A stretch of 63,900 nt of DNA, counting the filler, from Craspedostauros australis (Eukaryota): assembly GCA_030167865.1 (NCBI GenBank). It is 15 parts of 15 records of this genome, joined end to end, with 100 filler letters (N's around TTAATTAATTAA, not from the genome) between each part and the next. Parts side by side here need not be neighbours in the genome. Positions count along the whole stretch, not along the records: positions 13,435 to 15,586 come from JALAGF010005477.1; positions 15,687 to 23,669 come from JALAGF010005478.1; positions 23,770 to 31,011 come from JALAGF010005479.1; 12 more parts are not named here. The stretch is one strand, 5' to 3'. The position numbers were made by a program, and so were the translations under genes. Below the pieces are notes generated by a model. That model was not told the origin of the DNA. It did no database searches and saw nothing but the letters and a program-made list of their open reading frames with translations. This document shows, piece by piece, positions 13,435 to 26,157 of the stretch. The first letter of the stretch is position 1, and every line of letters begins with the position of its first letter.

Positions 13435-15587
13435 CTCTCCTGACGAGTTCGACGGATACACCGACATGGAGTTATCCATCGATCGCGGGGGGGATTATCC
13501 TGAATTCGCGAAGGTGACAAAGCGGCTACGGGACAAGGATGGAAAGCCCATCGGCACTGCGTCTGACAATCCCATCACGGACACAAGGATGTACGAGGTG
13601 GAGTTTGCGGACGGCCACAAGCAGTCCATGGTGGCAAATGTCATCGCTGAGAACTTGTTCGCACAGGTCGACTCTGAAGGGTATCGACACGTCCTGCTGG
13701 ACGCGATACTCGATCACAGGGCCGATGAGAGCGCCATCAAGCAGCAGGATGCATTTGTGACATCCAGCAACGGGGTTCGACGCCGACGAGAGACGACGGT
13801 GGGCTGGGAGATGCTCGTACAATGGAAGGACGGAAGCACCACATGGAATGCCATGAAAGACATGAAGGATTCATATCCGGTGCAACTCGCAGAGTATGCC
13901 ACCCAGAACCGCATCGCTGGAGAGCCAGCCTTTGCGTGGTGGATTCCNNNNGTCCTCAAGAAACGGGACCGCATCATATCCAAGACCAAGTCCAAGTACT
14001 GGTCCAGGACGCACAAGTACGGGGTCAGGGTTCCCAAGACGGTGAACGAAGCCAGGGCGATTGATCGGGAGAACGGAAATACTCTCTGGTGGGATTCGAT
14101 CCTGAAGGAGATGAAGAACGTTCGACCAGCATTCGAGGCATTCGAAGGCAACGAGTCGGAGCTACCGAAGGGATACCAGCAGATCGAGTGTCATTTGATA
14201 TTCGACGTGAAGCTGGGCGAGAACTTCCGACGGAAAGCAAGGCTCGTAGCTGGGGGACACAAGACCACAACACCATCATCCATCACATATTCNNNNNNNN
14301 NNNNNNNNNNNNNNNNNNNNNNNNNNNNNNNNNNNNNNNNNNNNNNNNNNNNNNNNNNNNNNNNNNNNNNNNNNNNNNNNNNNNNNNNNNNNNNNNNNNN
14401 NNNNNNNNNNNNNNNNNNNNNNNNNNNNNNNGAGTTTGCTGCTGAGGAAGGACAGATCATGCTCGTGCGCAAAGCTCTGTACGGGTTGAAGTCCTCCGGA
14501 GCAGCATTTCGGGCCAAATTGGCAGGTGTACTTCATGACAGCTCGTTCCGATCATCGAAGGCTGATCCAGACGTATGGCTACGAGCGGCTACCAAACCCG
14601 ACGGTTTCGAATACTACGAGATCGTGCTTNNNNNNNNNNNNNNNNNNNNNNNNNNNNNNNNNNNNNNNNNNNNNNNNNNGATGAACGACCTGGAGGTGCT
14701 GGCATGTGACATCCAGAATGCATACCTGACAGCAGACTGCCGAGAGAAGGTCTGGACCAGGGCAGGACCGGAGTTTGCTGCTGAGGAAGGACAGATCATG
14801 CTCGTGCGCAAAGCTCTGTACGGGTTGAAGTCCTCCGGAGCAGCATTTCGGGCCAAATTGGCAGGTGTACTGCATGACAGCTCATTCCGATCATCGAAGG
14901 CTGATCCAGACGTATGGCTACGAGCGGCTACCAAACCCAACGGTTTCGAATACTACGAGATCGTGCTTTGCTATGTTGACGACGTGATGGCAATGAGCCA
15001 TAAGCCCAGAGAGGTCATCGATGGCGTTGCTTCTGTCTTCAAATTGAAAGGGGACAAGGTTGAGCCGCCAGACATGTATCTTGGTGCATCACTCAGTCAG
15101 AAGAGCAATGAACATGACACGCGGTGTTGGAGTGTGTCATCGGAGAAATACTGCAAGGCAGCCATCGAGAACGTCGAGGAGAAGCTTGACAAGCAAGGAC
15201 TACGACTACCATCAGGATGCCGGACACCATTCACTTGCAGCTACCATCCAGCAGAAGATGAGACGCCAGAACTCAAAGCAGATGGATTGCGGCGGTTCCA
15301 GGAGCTGATCGGAGTGCTGCGATGGGCGATTGAGATTGGCAGAGTCGACATCTTGCTGGAAGTGTCACTGCTGTCATCCCACCTTGCCATGCCACGGGTC
15401 GGACATCTCGAGCAGGCTTACCACATCTTCGGATACCTGAAGAACACTTCGCGACGAACGATGCTGATGGACCCTGATCACCCCAGGATATCAGAAGACC
15501 GTTTCCAGTCATTTGAATGGGAGGACTTCTACCGCGATGCTGAGGAAGCCATGCCAATGGACATGCCAGAGCCCAGAGGCAACACAN
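13435..15587 (+). mobile_element. Ty1/copia (CoDi-like) pol fragment: post-integrase/chromo-like region and reverse transcriptase
   Basis: HLIFDVK...RKARLVAGGH, DIQNAYL, KALYGLKSSGAAFR, KADPDVW, YVDD, FQELIGVLRWAIEIGRVDI. 14432-14629 is repeated at 14771-14968 across gaps. Confidence 0.93.
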
Positions 15588-15708
15588 NNNNNNNNNNNNN
15601 NNNNNNNNNNNNNNNNNNNNNNNNNNNNNNTTAATTAATTAANNNNNNNNNNNNNNNNNNNNNNNNNNNNNNNNNNNNNNNNNNNNCCTGATCTATCGTT
15701 TATAAACG

Positions 15709-16526
15709 TGTTGGCAAGTTCCGCTCACGGTAACCTACGATCGTGGAAGATGATGTTGGTTGATAGTCGTTCGTTTGCTATTTCATTACTTGGCTACTCC
15801 GATCCTCTTGGTGTACACCAGTTGTCTTGCCCGATGCTCTCGGTGCTTCAATCTGTTTCGTAGATTCGGTCTCCGACTATGAGTCGGTACGCGAGATCCT
15901 CTCTCGCTCCTCTCTGTATTCTCTCTCTCNNNNNNNNNNNNNNNNNNNNNNNNNNNNNNNNNNNNNNNNNNNNNNNNNNNNNNNNNNNNNNNNNNNNNGA
16001 CACTCTGTTCATTCAGTACTGGCTTCTACTCCATGAGTACTTACCATTTGAAGTTCACCTTCAGTATCCATGATCTTCATGGATCATCGGATCTTTGCCT
16101 CCTGCTCTGACTTGGAGACAGCTGTCGACGTGGTGACATGTTGACATCTTGTCGACGTCAGTAGGCGTCCTTCTGCTCTCCAGATGTCACGTTCCATTGG
16201 TGATGCAGNNNNNNNNNNNNNNNNNNNNNNNNNNNNNNNNNNNNNNNNNNNNNNNNNNNNNNNNNNNNNNNNNNNNNNNNNNNNNNNNNNNNNNNNNNNN
16301 NNNNNNNNNNNNNNNNNNNNNNNNNNNNNNNNNNNNNNNNNNNNNNNNNNNNNNNNNNNNNNNNNNNNNNNNNNNNNNNNNNNNNNNNNNNNNNNNNNNN
16401 NNNNNNNNNNNNNNNNNNNNNNNNNNNNNNNNNNNNNNNNNNNCCAAGTGCGTATGAGAGAATAACGGGTGAACGATGCACATATACACGTACATCTTGA
16501 CATATACTCACATGTACATCTCGACA
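15709..16526 (-). mobile_element. Family A LTR (5' LTR of a minus-strand element) inserted in family B gag
   Basis: TGTTGGCAAGTTCCG...ACATCTCGACA on + strand; same repeat at 18125, 28809, 57310 and partially 53712. Left flank CCTGATCTATCGTTTATAAACG matches the LTR/internal junction at 40946-40967. Confidence 0.88.
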
Positions 16527-17327
16527 GTGGTTGTGCACCAGTTGGATGAACTGTTGCATGTTTCTGCCTTTCTTGAACCTGTCAGTGAATCCCTGTTCTC
16601 GCTTGGATTGATTTGGAGAGTCAGCACTGTTGTGGAGGAGTCTCTGTTGTTGAGAGTTGATCCACAGGGTCTGTGACTTGTCTTGGAGGCCGGTCCATTC
16701 TGCGTTTGGTGTACCTGCAGTCCAGGATACCCAGTTGCGACCTTGCTTGATGAGGCCTCCCATGATGGGAACGACAGGGTTTCTGGAGAGGTCGTTGTCC
16801 TTGTTGTCACTGTCACTTCCTGACTTCTTGTTCTTCTTGGGCATGGGAGTTTCCATGTTGAAGATGCTGTTGTCGAAGAAGGATTTGTTCGTTTGGAATC
16901 AAGTGGCGTCAGCGGATCGGCCGCGCCCGGTACCAGAACGACTTGGGGTGGCTGTGGTTGTGGCTGTTGCTGCTTGAGCAGTGGCTACAGCCGTGTTTGC
17001 TGCTTCTGTAGCGGCTTTGGCCAACAGTGCTGCCTGTGTGAGGCGGGCATTCTTGCATGTGATCGCATAGAGCTGCGATTGCAGCTCTTCCAGCATGGCA
17101 GGGGGTGTCTCTTCCACCATGGTGGATAGCGGGGACTTCTTGAGGGGTCTTTGGACTTCGAGAGGATCGGTTCGCCTTCTTCTACTCTTGCTCGTCTTCA
17201 CTTCGTTTGGAAGGTGTGCACTGAAGTTCGATGCAGGCTTGGAGAGGGATCGTACTCGGTCAGCGAGTGCGGTCATAGCTTGCTTTGGCAGAGGCTACTG
17301 AGGGCCGACGTTTGGTCGCTTTCCTTC
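16527..17327 (-). mobile_element. Copia family B leader and gag N-terminus (fragment)
   Basis: Encodes PIMGGL...WVSWTAGTPNAEWTGL; near-duplicate of about 19177-19947 and homologous to 36079-37577. Confidence 0.85.
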
Positions 17328-18095
17328 TGTTAGGAATCGAGGGTATGACTTTGTCGGAATACCCATGATTGCCGCACCTCCCAACATTATTCGTCACGAC
17401 TTTGAATATTATTCGTCACATGTTCTGAGACTATTTGTCACACCTTTGAATACCATGTCATTATGACTATGACTATGGACACGGACGTGATTGATACCTG
17501 TACTACCGCGAGGAGGGTAGTCTGTCCTCTGGTAATGTAAGAACGACACCTATGGCGGATCAGGAGGTCCCGATACCAAACCAACCATGGCAACCATGCA
17601 GACGACGACGTCGATCAGAACAGCAGGTCAATGGGCAAGTGACGCACCCCCTCCAGAGGACAGCACGCGCCCCTCCTGCGGACAAGAACATCCGCAGGTT
17701 TGGAACATCAGAAAGGATCAGAACATCCGCAGGTTTGGAACATCACCAAGGCTGACATCAATCGTGGGACGATGGCGTCATGAGATCAACAACGGAAACA
17801 TGTGATAGGCAAGTGCTCAGGACTGCAGATCCCTACCATGCGAGCGTAGACAGCTACGACGATGCAGAGGCAAGCAACAACGATGCCAAGACAAGGAAGC
17901 AAGAACAGAGCATGATGAATGGGGAGAGAAGCACCTAAGAGACAACAGGGCGCCCCGTGTCGCCACCGCAACAGATGCCTACCATGAAAAATGGAATCGG
18001 AAGAGAAAGTGAGATTGTGCTCACAGTTCTAAAACGGTACAGTTTCTAACAGCGGATTAGATTACAGTACTAACTATAACCCTGGATTTCCAACA
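17328..18095. mobile_element. Solo LTR-like element (family F) with long imperfect inverted termini
   Basis: Starts TGTTAGGAATCGAGGGTAT and ends ATAACCCTGGATTTCCAACA (reverse complement TGTTGGAAATCCAGGGTTAT); both ends break family B homology sharply. No TSD. Internal 26-bp direct repeat at about 17685-17745. Confidence 0.7.
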
Positions 18096-20160
18096 GCAGT
18101 GATGCTGTTCATGAACTTGATGAATGTCGAGATGTACATGTGAGTATATGTCAAGATGTACGAGTATATGTGCATCGTTCACCCGCTATTCTCTCATACG
18201 CACTTGGACGGTATAACTACATTCGTGTCGATAGTATNNNNNNNNNNNNNNNNNNNNNNNNNNNNNNNNNNNNNNNNNNNNNNNNNNNNNNNNNNNNNNN
18301 NNNNNNNNNNNNNNNNNNNNNNNNNNNNNNNNNNNNNNNNNNNNNNNNNNNNNNNNNNNNNNNNNNNNNNNNNNNNNNNNNNNNNNNNNNNNNNNNNNNN
18401 NNNNNNNNNNNNNNNNNNNNNNNNNNNNNNNNNNNNNGAGAGCAGAAGGACGCCTACTGACGTCAACAGGATGTCATTGTGTCACCACGTCGACATCTGT
18501 CTCCAAGTCAGAGCAGGAGGCGAAGATCCGATGAAAGAAGAGGATCAGCCTCATGGATACAGAAGGTGAACTTCAAATGGTAAGTACTCACGGAGTAGGA
18601 GCCAGTACTGAATGAACGGAGTGTCAAATGCGGAGTACGCATCGAACACGGAGTATCGTGTAGTACGAGCACACGATGTTGAGAGAGAGAGAATACAGAG
18701 AGGAGCGAGAGAGCATCTCGCGTACCGACTCATAGTCGGAGTCTCAATCTACGAAACAGATTGAAGCGCCGAGAGCATCAGGCAAGAGAACGGGCGTACA
18801 CCGAGAGGATCGGAGTAGCCAACTCATGAAATAGCAAACAGACAACTATCAACCAACACCATCTTCCACGATCGTAGGTCACCGTGAGCGGAACTTGCCA
18901 ACAGATGAAGAGGTTGATGAAGTTATTGTGGAACTTTGGCTCGATTCGATTCATGAGCTGGTCTTCGAGCCTTGGATCGAAACAGTCTTGGAAGAACGCT
19001 GCAGCTGTCCAGTTGTTCTGGAGGTTGTAGTGGTCCCACTTTGGGTTGCACTTGCTGTAGTGCTTTGTGGCATCTTCAAGAGTGAAGGAGGCAGGGGCGT
19101 CGAGGACACAGGCCATCTTGGATGTTGAGGTATCGTTGGCGATGTACACCATGGTGAGAAGCCCAGTCTTGGTCATGTGGTTGTGCACCAGTTGGATGAA
19201 CTGTTGCATGTTTCTGCCTTTCTTGAACCTGTCAGTGAATCCCTGCTATCACTTGGATTGATTTGCAGAGTCAGCACCATTGTGGAGGAGTCTCTGTTGT
19301 TGAGAGTTGATCCACAGGGTCTGTGACTTGTCTTGGAGGCCGGTCCATTCTGCATTTGGTGTACCTGCAGTCCAGGATACCCAGTTGCGACCTTGCTTGA
19401 TGAGGCCTCCCATGATGGGAACGACAGGGTTTCCGGAGAGGTCATTGTCCTTGTTGTCACTGTCACTTCCTGACTTCTTGTTCTTCTTGGGCATGGGAGT
19501 TTCCATGTTGAAGATGCTGTTGTCGAAGAAGGACTCGTTCATTTGGAATCGAGTGGGCATCAGCGGATTGGCTGCACCTGGTGCCAGAACGACTTGGGGT
19601 GGCTGTGGCTGTGGCTGCTTCTGTAGCGGCTTTGTCCAACAGTGCTGCCTGTGTGAGGCGGGCATTCTTGCATGTGATCGCATCAAGCTGCGCTTGCAGC
19701 TCTTCCAGCATGGCAGGGGGTGTCTCTTCCACCATGGTGGATAGCGGGGACTTCTCGAGGGGTCTTTGGACTTCGAGAGGATCGATCGGTTCGCCTTCTT
19801 CTGCTCTTGCTCGTCTTCACTTCATTTGGAAGGTGTGCACTGAAGTTCGATGCAGGCTTGGAAAGGGATCGTACTTGGTCAGTGAGTGCGGTCATAGCTT
19901 GCTTCGGCAGAGGCTACTGAGGGCCGACGTTTGGTCGCATACCTTCAGTTGGGACTTTTGTCCTCTTGGGAAACTCGATTTTCGAGTGATGGAATCTGGT
20001 CTTGGATCAGATGCATTCGGTTGGGACTTCAGTCCTACAGAAGATGCTCAGTTTGCAAGCTGTGCCTTTTGGCTTGGTCTCAGAGAGACGTTTGCAATCT
20101 GTTGGCAGAGGAAGATGCTCGATGGAATGGTGAGAGCATATGAATCAGGTCGCAGCTACC
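18096..20160 (-). mobile_element. Copia family B internal region (PBS, leader, degenerate gag), interrupted by family A solo LTR
   Basis: MQQFIQLVHNHM...CVLDAPASFTLED...QNNWTAAAFF matches 36079-37577; in-frame stop near 19249; PBS (T)GGTAGCTGCGA at 20150-20161. Confidence 0.85.
18125..18903 (+). mobile_element. Family A solo LTR with GATGAA target-site duplication
   Basis: GATGAA-TGTCGAGATG...CTTGCCAACA-GATGAA; removing the LTR and one TSD copy restores the family B gag reading seen at about 37080-37125. Confidence 0.92.
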
Positions 20161-20873
20161 AGTTGGAATTCGTGCTCTGTTGGTGACACGATTTGGTGGA
20201 GAGGGCCTCGAAGACTGCCGGTTTCGGGTTAACTGTGCAATGCAGTTCAAGAGGTGTGAACTTTGTCGGAAGATGTGTTACAGTAACAATGAGTAGAGTA
20301 GTGCAGTTTGTACTAATCTCAGATTGTGTTATTTTGAGTTTCTTAGTTGTCTTGGTAGGATGAAGAAACGATGTTGCACTGCTCAATACAGTCCTGCACT
20401 GATTTACTTTGTTCAGGGCTTGAGGGTGGATGTTGATCCTTGGTCCTTGCTCTCTTCATACGTGGTTACATTGCAGTGTAGATCATGACAGCTCAGTATT
20501 CAGTTGAGGTTGAGATGACGATGCGGCAATGGCTGAGGTTGGAATTCACCCTCGGATTCCTTGCTTGAGTTGAAGCAAGTTGGATATGCGTGCTATGGCC
20601 ATGACAACAATGTAGTGGTCATGAGCATGGAGGGAATCGAGGTATGTTGTAGTAGAGAGGATTTGAGGAGCATATAGTTCCCAGAGCAGAATGGAATCAG
20701 GTTGGTCATGGCATTGAGTCAGCACTGATTCGTGAATGGGAAGAGAGAAAGGGGGAGGAAAGGTTTCGTAGTCGATCAAGTCGGAGGGTTTCGCGCAAAA
20801 AAAGCGAGAATCTCAGACATCGGCCGAGGACGCCATGTTTTGGTAATAGTCTGTCCCTGATTGAATTTCAACT
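20161..20873 (-). mobile_element. Family B 5' LTR (AGTT...AACT termini)
   Basis: Homologous to 26158-26964, 54056-54742 and 62858-63900 with the same boundaries; adjacent to PBS and gag. Confidence 0.85.
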
Positions 20874-23086
20874 GTTCCAACAATAGCACGAGTAAATGAT
20901 TGTACAGATTTCGTTTTTACGTAGGTCGTGGTAGGACAAACGCGTTCAAGAAGTACACGGTGTCGAGACAAACGATACAATAGTGTAATTATCTCTGGGT
21001 CATGAAGGGATAAACAATGAAACAACCCAGCCCCCTACTCTTTCCTTTCCCCTCAGCAACCCCAACCCAGGTTCCTTCCATCGTTGCAAAAGCTAAAAGC
21101 TCCTCCCGACGAGCGGAGCATGAACAAAGCGGATCGACCGAAACAACCGCGATGGTCTGGTTCGCTTTCCTTCATCCCCGTGGCGATTTTAGCATCCTTT
21201 TGGTTGGAAAACAATTAAAAAGTGAAGGCAGACTTTCTTTTTCTTTCTCACTTTTTGGCAACGACCGGTCGGGGCATCGTTGAAGCATGATTCATCACAA
21301 AGAACGACAAGATGACCCCTCTTGTGGGTGTTCAGTCAATCTCTCTCTTTCTGTTCGCGACCACGATCAAAACTCCATGTGCGAATTGTTGTACCCGCAT
21401 GTAATGAAATCAATGCGCTGCATAGTACGACAACCAGCACGGTAGCTCATCAAAAACCTGTGCGTAACAACGGTTGAGACAGCAGTGACAACGGTAGCAA
21501 CTTGAGACATGCGCGAAAAGATTCACAGACACAAGGGCGAAAGGCATCGCGGGAGCATCATGCAGCCCTCATTCGATCCCACGCGACTGTGGAGATAACT
21601 GCTCGCGCTTGATTGTCCTCGTACGCAATTGTACTGGTCGCGACATCAGTGACCCAACGGTCATCGATAGTGCCAACCTACTACCACAACAACAGCGCAA
21701 CCACTCCATAAGTATAGTACCACCATCTTGTCTGACATTGCTATCCATACCAGCGAGATTGACGATGGCATCCTTGCGTATTTGTGCTCGCCACGAGCAG
21801 TTGAACGTCGGCACTTCAGACCCGAACTTCAATCTTGTGCTATCGATGCTTCCAACGGAATAGATAATTGCCCTGTGCATTTGCATCTCGATGCATATCA
21901 GTGCTATACAATCGGGAATGAACACGAGACGCTCTGCCAGTTGATCAATTCTAGCTCATCCTTGCGCAACTATGACCAGAGAGCTTGGGCCTCCCAAGAG
22001 AGTCGAAGACCGCGGTTCCAATTGCATCCCAGTAGACCTGTCTTGTGGCTCGTCAAATCGCTTCCGGGTCGAGTGTTCTGCGTCCAAACGCAGAAGGCCA
22101 AAAGTATGGCGGAGGCGGAGATGAAGACTTTCTGATCTTGCGGTCATCGTGCGGAATACAAGAGACTCCGATACAACTCTTCTTGATGTCAATGAATGGC
22201 ACAGCGCCATGGCGACAAGGAATGTAGGAGTGGATGGGGTACAATTATGCGTACTTTTATCAACTGTTTTGCCGAGAGAGCCCAAGCGCATTGCAATCCC
22301 AGAGCAGGATCAGCTCCTTCGCTTCTCGGTCTCTTCGAATTGAAGCTGTGCCTCGTCCAGGGTAGGGGCTCCCCATCGCGAATGAAATCACGAATAGAGG
22401 ATGATATGCAAGCCTCGAGTCCGTGGGAGGACACGTAGGATGGTATGGTGTAGGTAGGTACGAGGAGGCAGGCAGATATTGAGTTTCTGAGTCGAAGCGA
22501 GTTGTATGGTAGAATAGTATATATGGCGCGGTGCTTCACTCCTTTCCAAGGCTTTGGACCATGCTCCCGCCTCCTGAGAATACCTTACTGCACGAGTAAT
22601 GCTTGTCAAGTGCTCTATCAACTCAGCTACGCCTCAATCCCTCCCTCAATCCCTCCCTCGATCCATTTCCATCTCATAAAATCCAACTGCTCTCACAAAG
22701 CAAGCGCAAATCAAACACAAAGAAACGCAAGAAGCAAGCAACCAAACGTGAGTAGCTTCTGCTCGTATTCGTCCTGCTTCATCTCGGTCCTCTTATCATC
22801 CTCCAATACGGCTCCCGCGCTTCTTCCCAATTCCATTTCACTCCTTTGCGATCTGCTACACGCTCTCGCCTCCTCTCGATGGCGTTGCATATTCGTACCA
22901 TTGCTCCACGAGATCCCCAAATTCTAACCTCGTTTCGTCTTCAACCCTTTGCTTCTCCTATCTGCTGGCTCCCCAAACAACCACAAACGTCGGTATGGCA
23001 TGGCATGGCACAATGCCCTACTCTGGGAAATCCTGTCACATCCGCAGCGAGTTCATATCAGACAATCAACGAAGACAACGCTGACC

Positions 23087-23669
23087 ATGAACGTCAAGAC
23101 TCTCCTGGGATCGCTCGTGTTGAGCCAGATCGGCAGCAATGCCGTCCATGGCATGTTCGACACCGTCTCTGACGCTGGTGGATCCAACTCGGAGCCATGC
23201 CCGTTGGACTATCAGTTGCTCCGTTCCAGCGACTTCCAGTACTCGGGAGCACCAATCGAGATCGTGAGCCAGGACACCAGCTCCGTCTCCTTCAAGGTTT
23301 ACAACGTGTGGCCACAAGACGGCCGCCCCACCGCCGAGATCTACACCGAGTACTCCGAGAACAACAGCATCGGCGGTGTCAACTGCGAGATGTTCGCCAA
23401 CGTCCCGGCCAACCAGGACGTGGGCGAAACCTTCACTGCGCAGTGCTTCCAGACCAAGCCAAAATCGGTCGTCACCCTCTACGTGCGTGATCCCGACATC
23501 GACAAGACCATCGGAACTGGCAAAGTTCCGCAGTGCTGCCATGCCGACCTCTCTATCCAGTACGCAGTCCTCAAGTTCACCTACGTGCTCGAGTGCGTCC
23601 CAACCTGCGAAGATCCCACCCCATTCTCCAGCTGCGGTGACGGCACAGTGGATCCAGGTGAAGAGTGCG
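23087..23669 (+). CDS. Secreted Cys-rich diatom-type protein followed by a Myxococcus-type Cys-rich (DUF4215-like) repeat; 3'-truncated
   Basis: Signal-peptide-like MNVKTLLGSLVLSQIGSNAVHG; PIEIVSQDTSSVSFKV...FTAQC...VPQCCH...LECVPTC; then CGDGTVDPGEEC. Strong C-ending codon bias. Confidence 0.75.
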
Positions 23670-23769
23670 NNNNNNNNNNNNNNNNNNNNNNNNNNNNNNN
23701 NNNNNNNNNNNNNTTAATTAATTAANNNNNNNNNNNNNNNNNNNNNNNNNNNNNNNNNNNNNNNNNNNN

Positions 23770-25935
23770 TCTGGCTAACGTCGCCCGCATACACCTCAGA
23801 GCGCTTTGGTTGTCGGACATCACCTCCGCCTGTGGCACACGCATCCTGCCCGACATCCTGCGACGATCCAGGCTGCCACCAGGCACCACCACGTGGCCCA
23901 AGACGGGGACCGTAACCCGGACAGCGTGGGAAGCTTGGGAACATGTGCTGGCAACTCTGGTGGCCGCAGACAGACCAGGTTGGCATGTGCAGGCGACCCT
24001 CGGTCTGTGGTACCACGCGCCCTCACGCCGCGCTGCTCAACTCCCAGACGGAACGATCAGGCTACCAGGCCAGGCGAGAGCCCAAGACACCAACGGCCCC
24101 CTCCCAACGCATGTGGTCGACAGATCTGCTCGGCGATCCGGAGCGGCCACCACAGCATCCGGGGGCATTCAAGCCCGCGCCAACCCGACCTCCATTCGTG
24201 CTTGGCTACACCACAAAGGCCCCGCAGCCATCGCCATGCTACCAACGCTGCAGATCCAAGGCGACGTCCACCAAATCGTTCAGTCGATCACGACCGGCAC
24301 ATGCGCAGCCTGCAGCGATGCATCAGCGAAGCACAGCAAAGGCGCAGCCGCAGCAGTCATCCAAAGTGCGGTCGGAGACGACACGCACCAGATCGTCGCC
24401 ACATCAGCGGTTCCCGAAGGGTCGCACCCGACAGACTCCAACCGGGCCGAGCTTGCTGGAGTGCTCATGTCCATATGGGTGGTGACTTCCATTGCAGAGT
24501 GGGCAGGTGTGACTGGCGGCGCCACCATCGCGTGCGACAACGACAGGGCGCTCAGGTCTGTGACCACTTCCCAGTGGCCCGACCCCAGGCGGCCCGACCA
24601 CGATCTCAGAGCAGAAATCGTCCGACTGCTGCGCAAAACAGTGGTGCAATTCCGGCAGCAGGAAGTGAAAGGTCACGCAGATGACTCCGGCCAGCCTCTC
24701 ACGGAATGGGAAACCATGAACGTCGCCGCCGACGCACACGCAGGCCGACAATGGGAGAGCTCGAGCCAGACCGGATGGAGCAATGATATTCCCCCTGTAC
24801 CCACTGGAGGATGGACCTTGCTCGCAGGCGCCACGCCCATCACCGACCTCGACTACTGGACAGTGCACAATGCCCTTGATGGCACCGGCATCCAACTCAA
24901 GTGGTGTCGGCGCTGGGGACACGCGCACCCCTCTGAGGTGGACTGGATGCCCATGCGTACCAACTCCCGACGTTGGCAAGGCGGCAGGCGACGCACACTG
25001 CTCAAGCTTATGGCTGGTGCAGGCGCTAGCGGCAAGAACATGCAGCGGCGACAGCAGGAGGCCTCTGACACATGCCCCAGATGTGGCCGGCCGGAAGACA
25101 ACTCTCACGTTGTCATGTGCCCCAGTGCATCCAGTCAGGCCATTTGGTCCAGGACGATACTCAAGGTGCGGTCAATCGTGCGACCGCCAACCACGCCACC
25201 GCTCATCGCTCAATTGCTATGTACGGCCATCACCCGCATCTCCACAGGAGGCATTCCCCCGTCAGGCATTCGCGACTCTCCCACCAAGAGTATCCAGCAA
25301 CAGCAAGCGAAAGTGGGGTGGAATGCCATAATGTGGGGCGGGTGGGCCACGGCCTGGCGAGAGCATGCCCCTCCTGCGGATCAGCGCCGCCGCAGACGAC
25401 TGCCCCGACAACTCCGCGACTGGCAAGCCAGTGTGACAAGTCTGCTGTGGCACGCGATCCTGGAGCAGTGGAAAGACCGCAACGAGGTTAAAGCCTCGCA
25501 GCTCGCTGACGGTATGGTGGAGCTGCTCGAACAGCAGGCCCTCCAAGTCCGGTCAGTGGCGCCAGCACTTGTACCGCCCCCGCTGCGGCCCCTCTGGGAA
25601 CAACCACCTCCCATACAGCAAACCCGCGCCCTTGCGGAATGGGTGCAGGCCATGCACAACGCGCTCGGCCACAACAGCCCCCCTCTCCCGAAAGTGCTCT
25701 CCAACTGGATGCTCAACGTCCGGCGAAAGGCGACCTCCGCTTCCGACTCCGCCCACGCCACACCACGCCAATCTCCCACCGATACCTGAAGTGTTCCTCT
25801 TGGCAACCACGGCTGCCACACGACTTCACTCCGTTCCCGCAATGTGCTACCATGTTGAATAAACGAGGCGGAATAAAAGCGCCATCGGCGCATGACGTAA
25901 CCGTTATAATCTGTGTGTTATATATGTAGGTAGAT
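23770..25935 (+). mobile_element. 3' part of a second Ambal-like non-LTR retrotransposon (RNase H, CCHC finger, 3' UTR)
   Basis: ORF to 25789 with CSDASA, DSNRAELAG, ACDND, VKGHADD, MNVAADAHA, CPRCGRPEDNSHVVMC; same domain order as 9670-13334. Confidence 0.85.
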
Positions 25936-26157
25936 CAGCTTTGGCGGTCTGTTGTCGATTTCCTCTGATGCTTCCGGGTATTCCTCCTTCATCTGCAAGG
26001 CCATTTCTGGATTGGATGGTGTTGCATTGAAGTTGTCAAATATCATCGGGCAAGAGTCAATCTGTGTTTGCAATGTGGACTTGTGCTCCAGATATCCCCA
26101 TACTTTGATGGCTCTCTCAAGGCGTCCTTTACAAGATGATGCAGCAAAATGTGAAAG

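Noticed and set aside
17685..17745. 26-bp direct repeat resembling a CRISPR unit
   Set aside because: Only two copies, 9-bp spacer, inside an LTR-like element, no cas genes, eukaryotic context.
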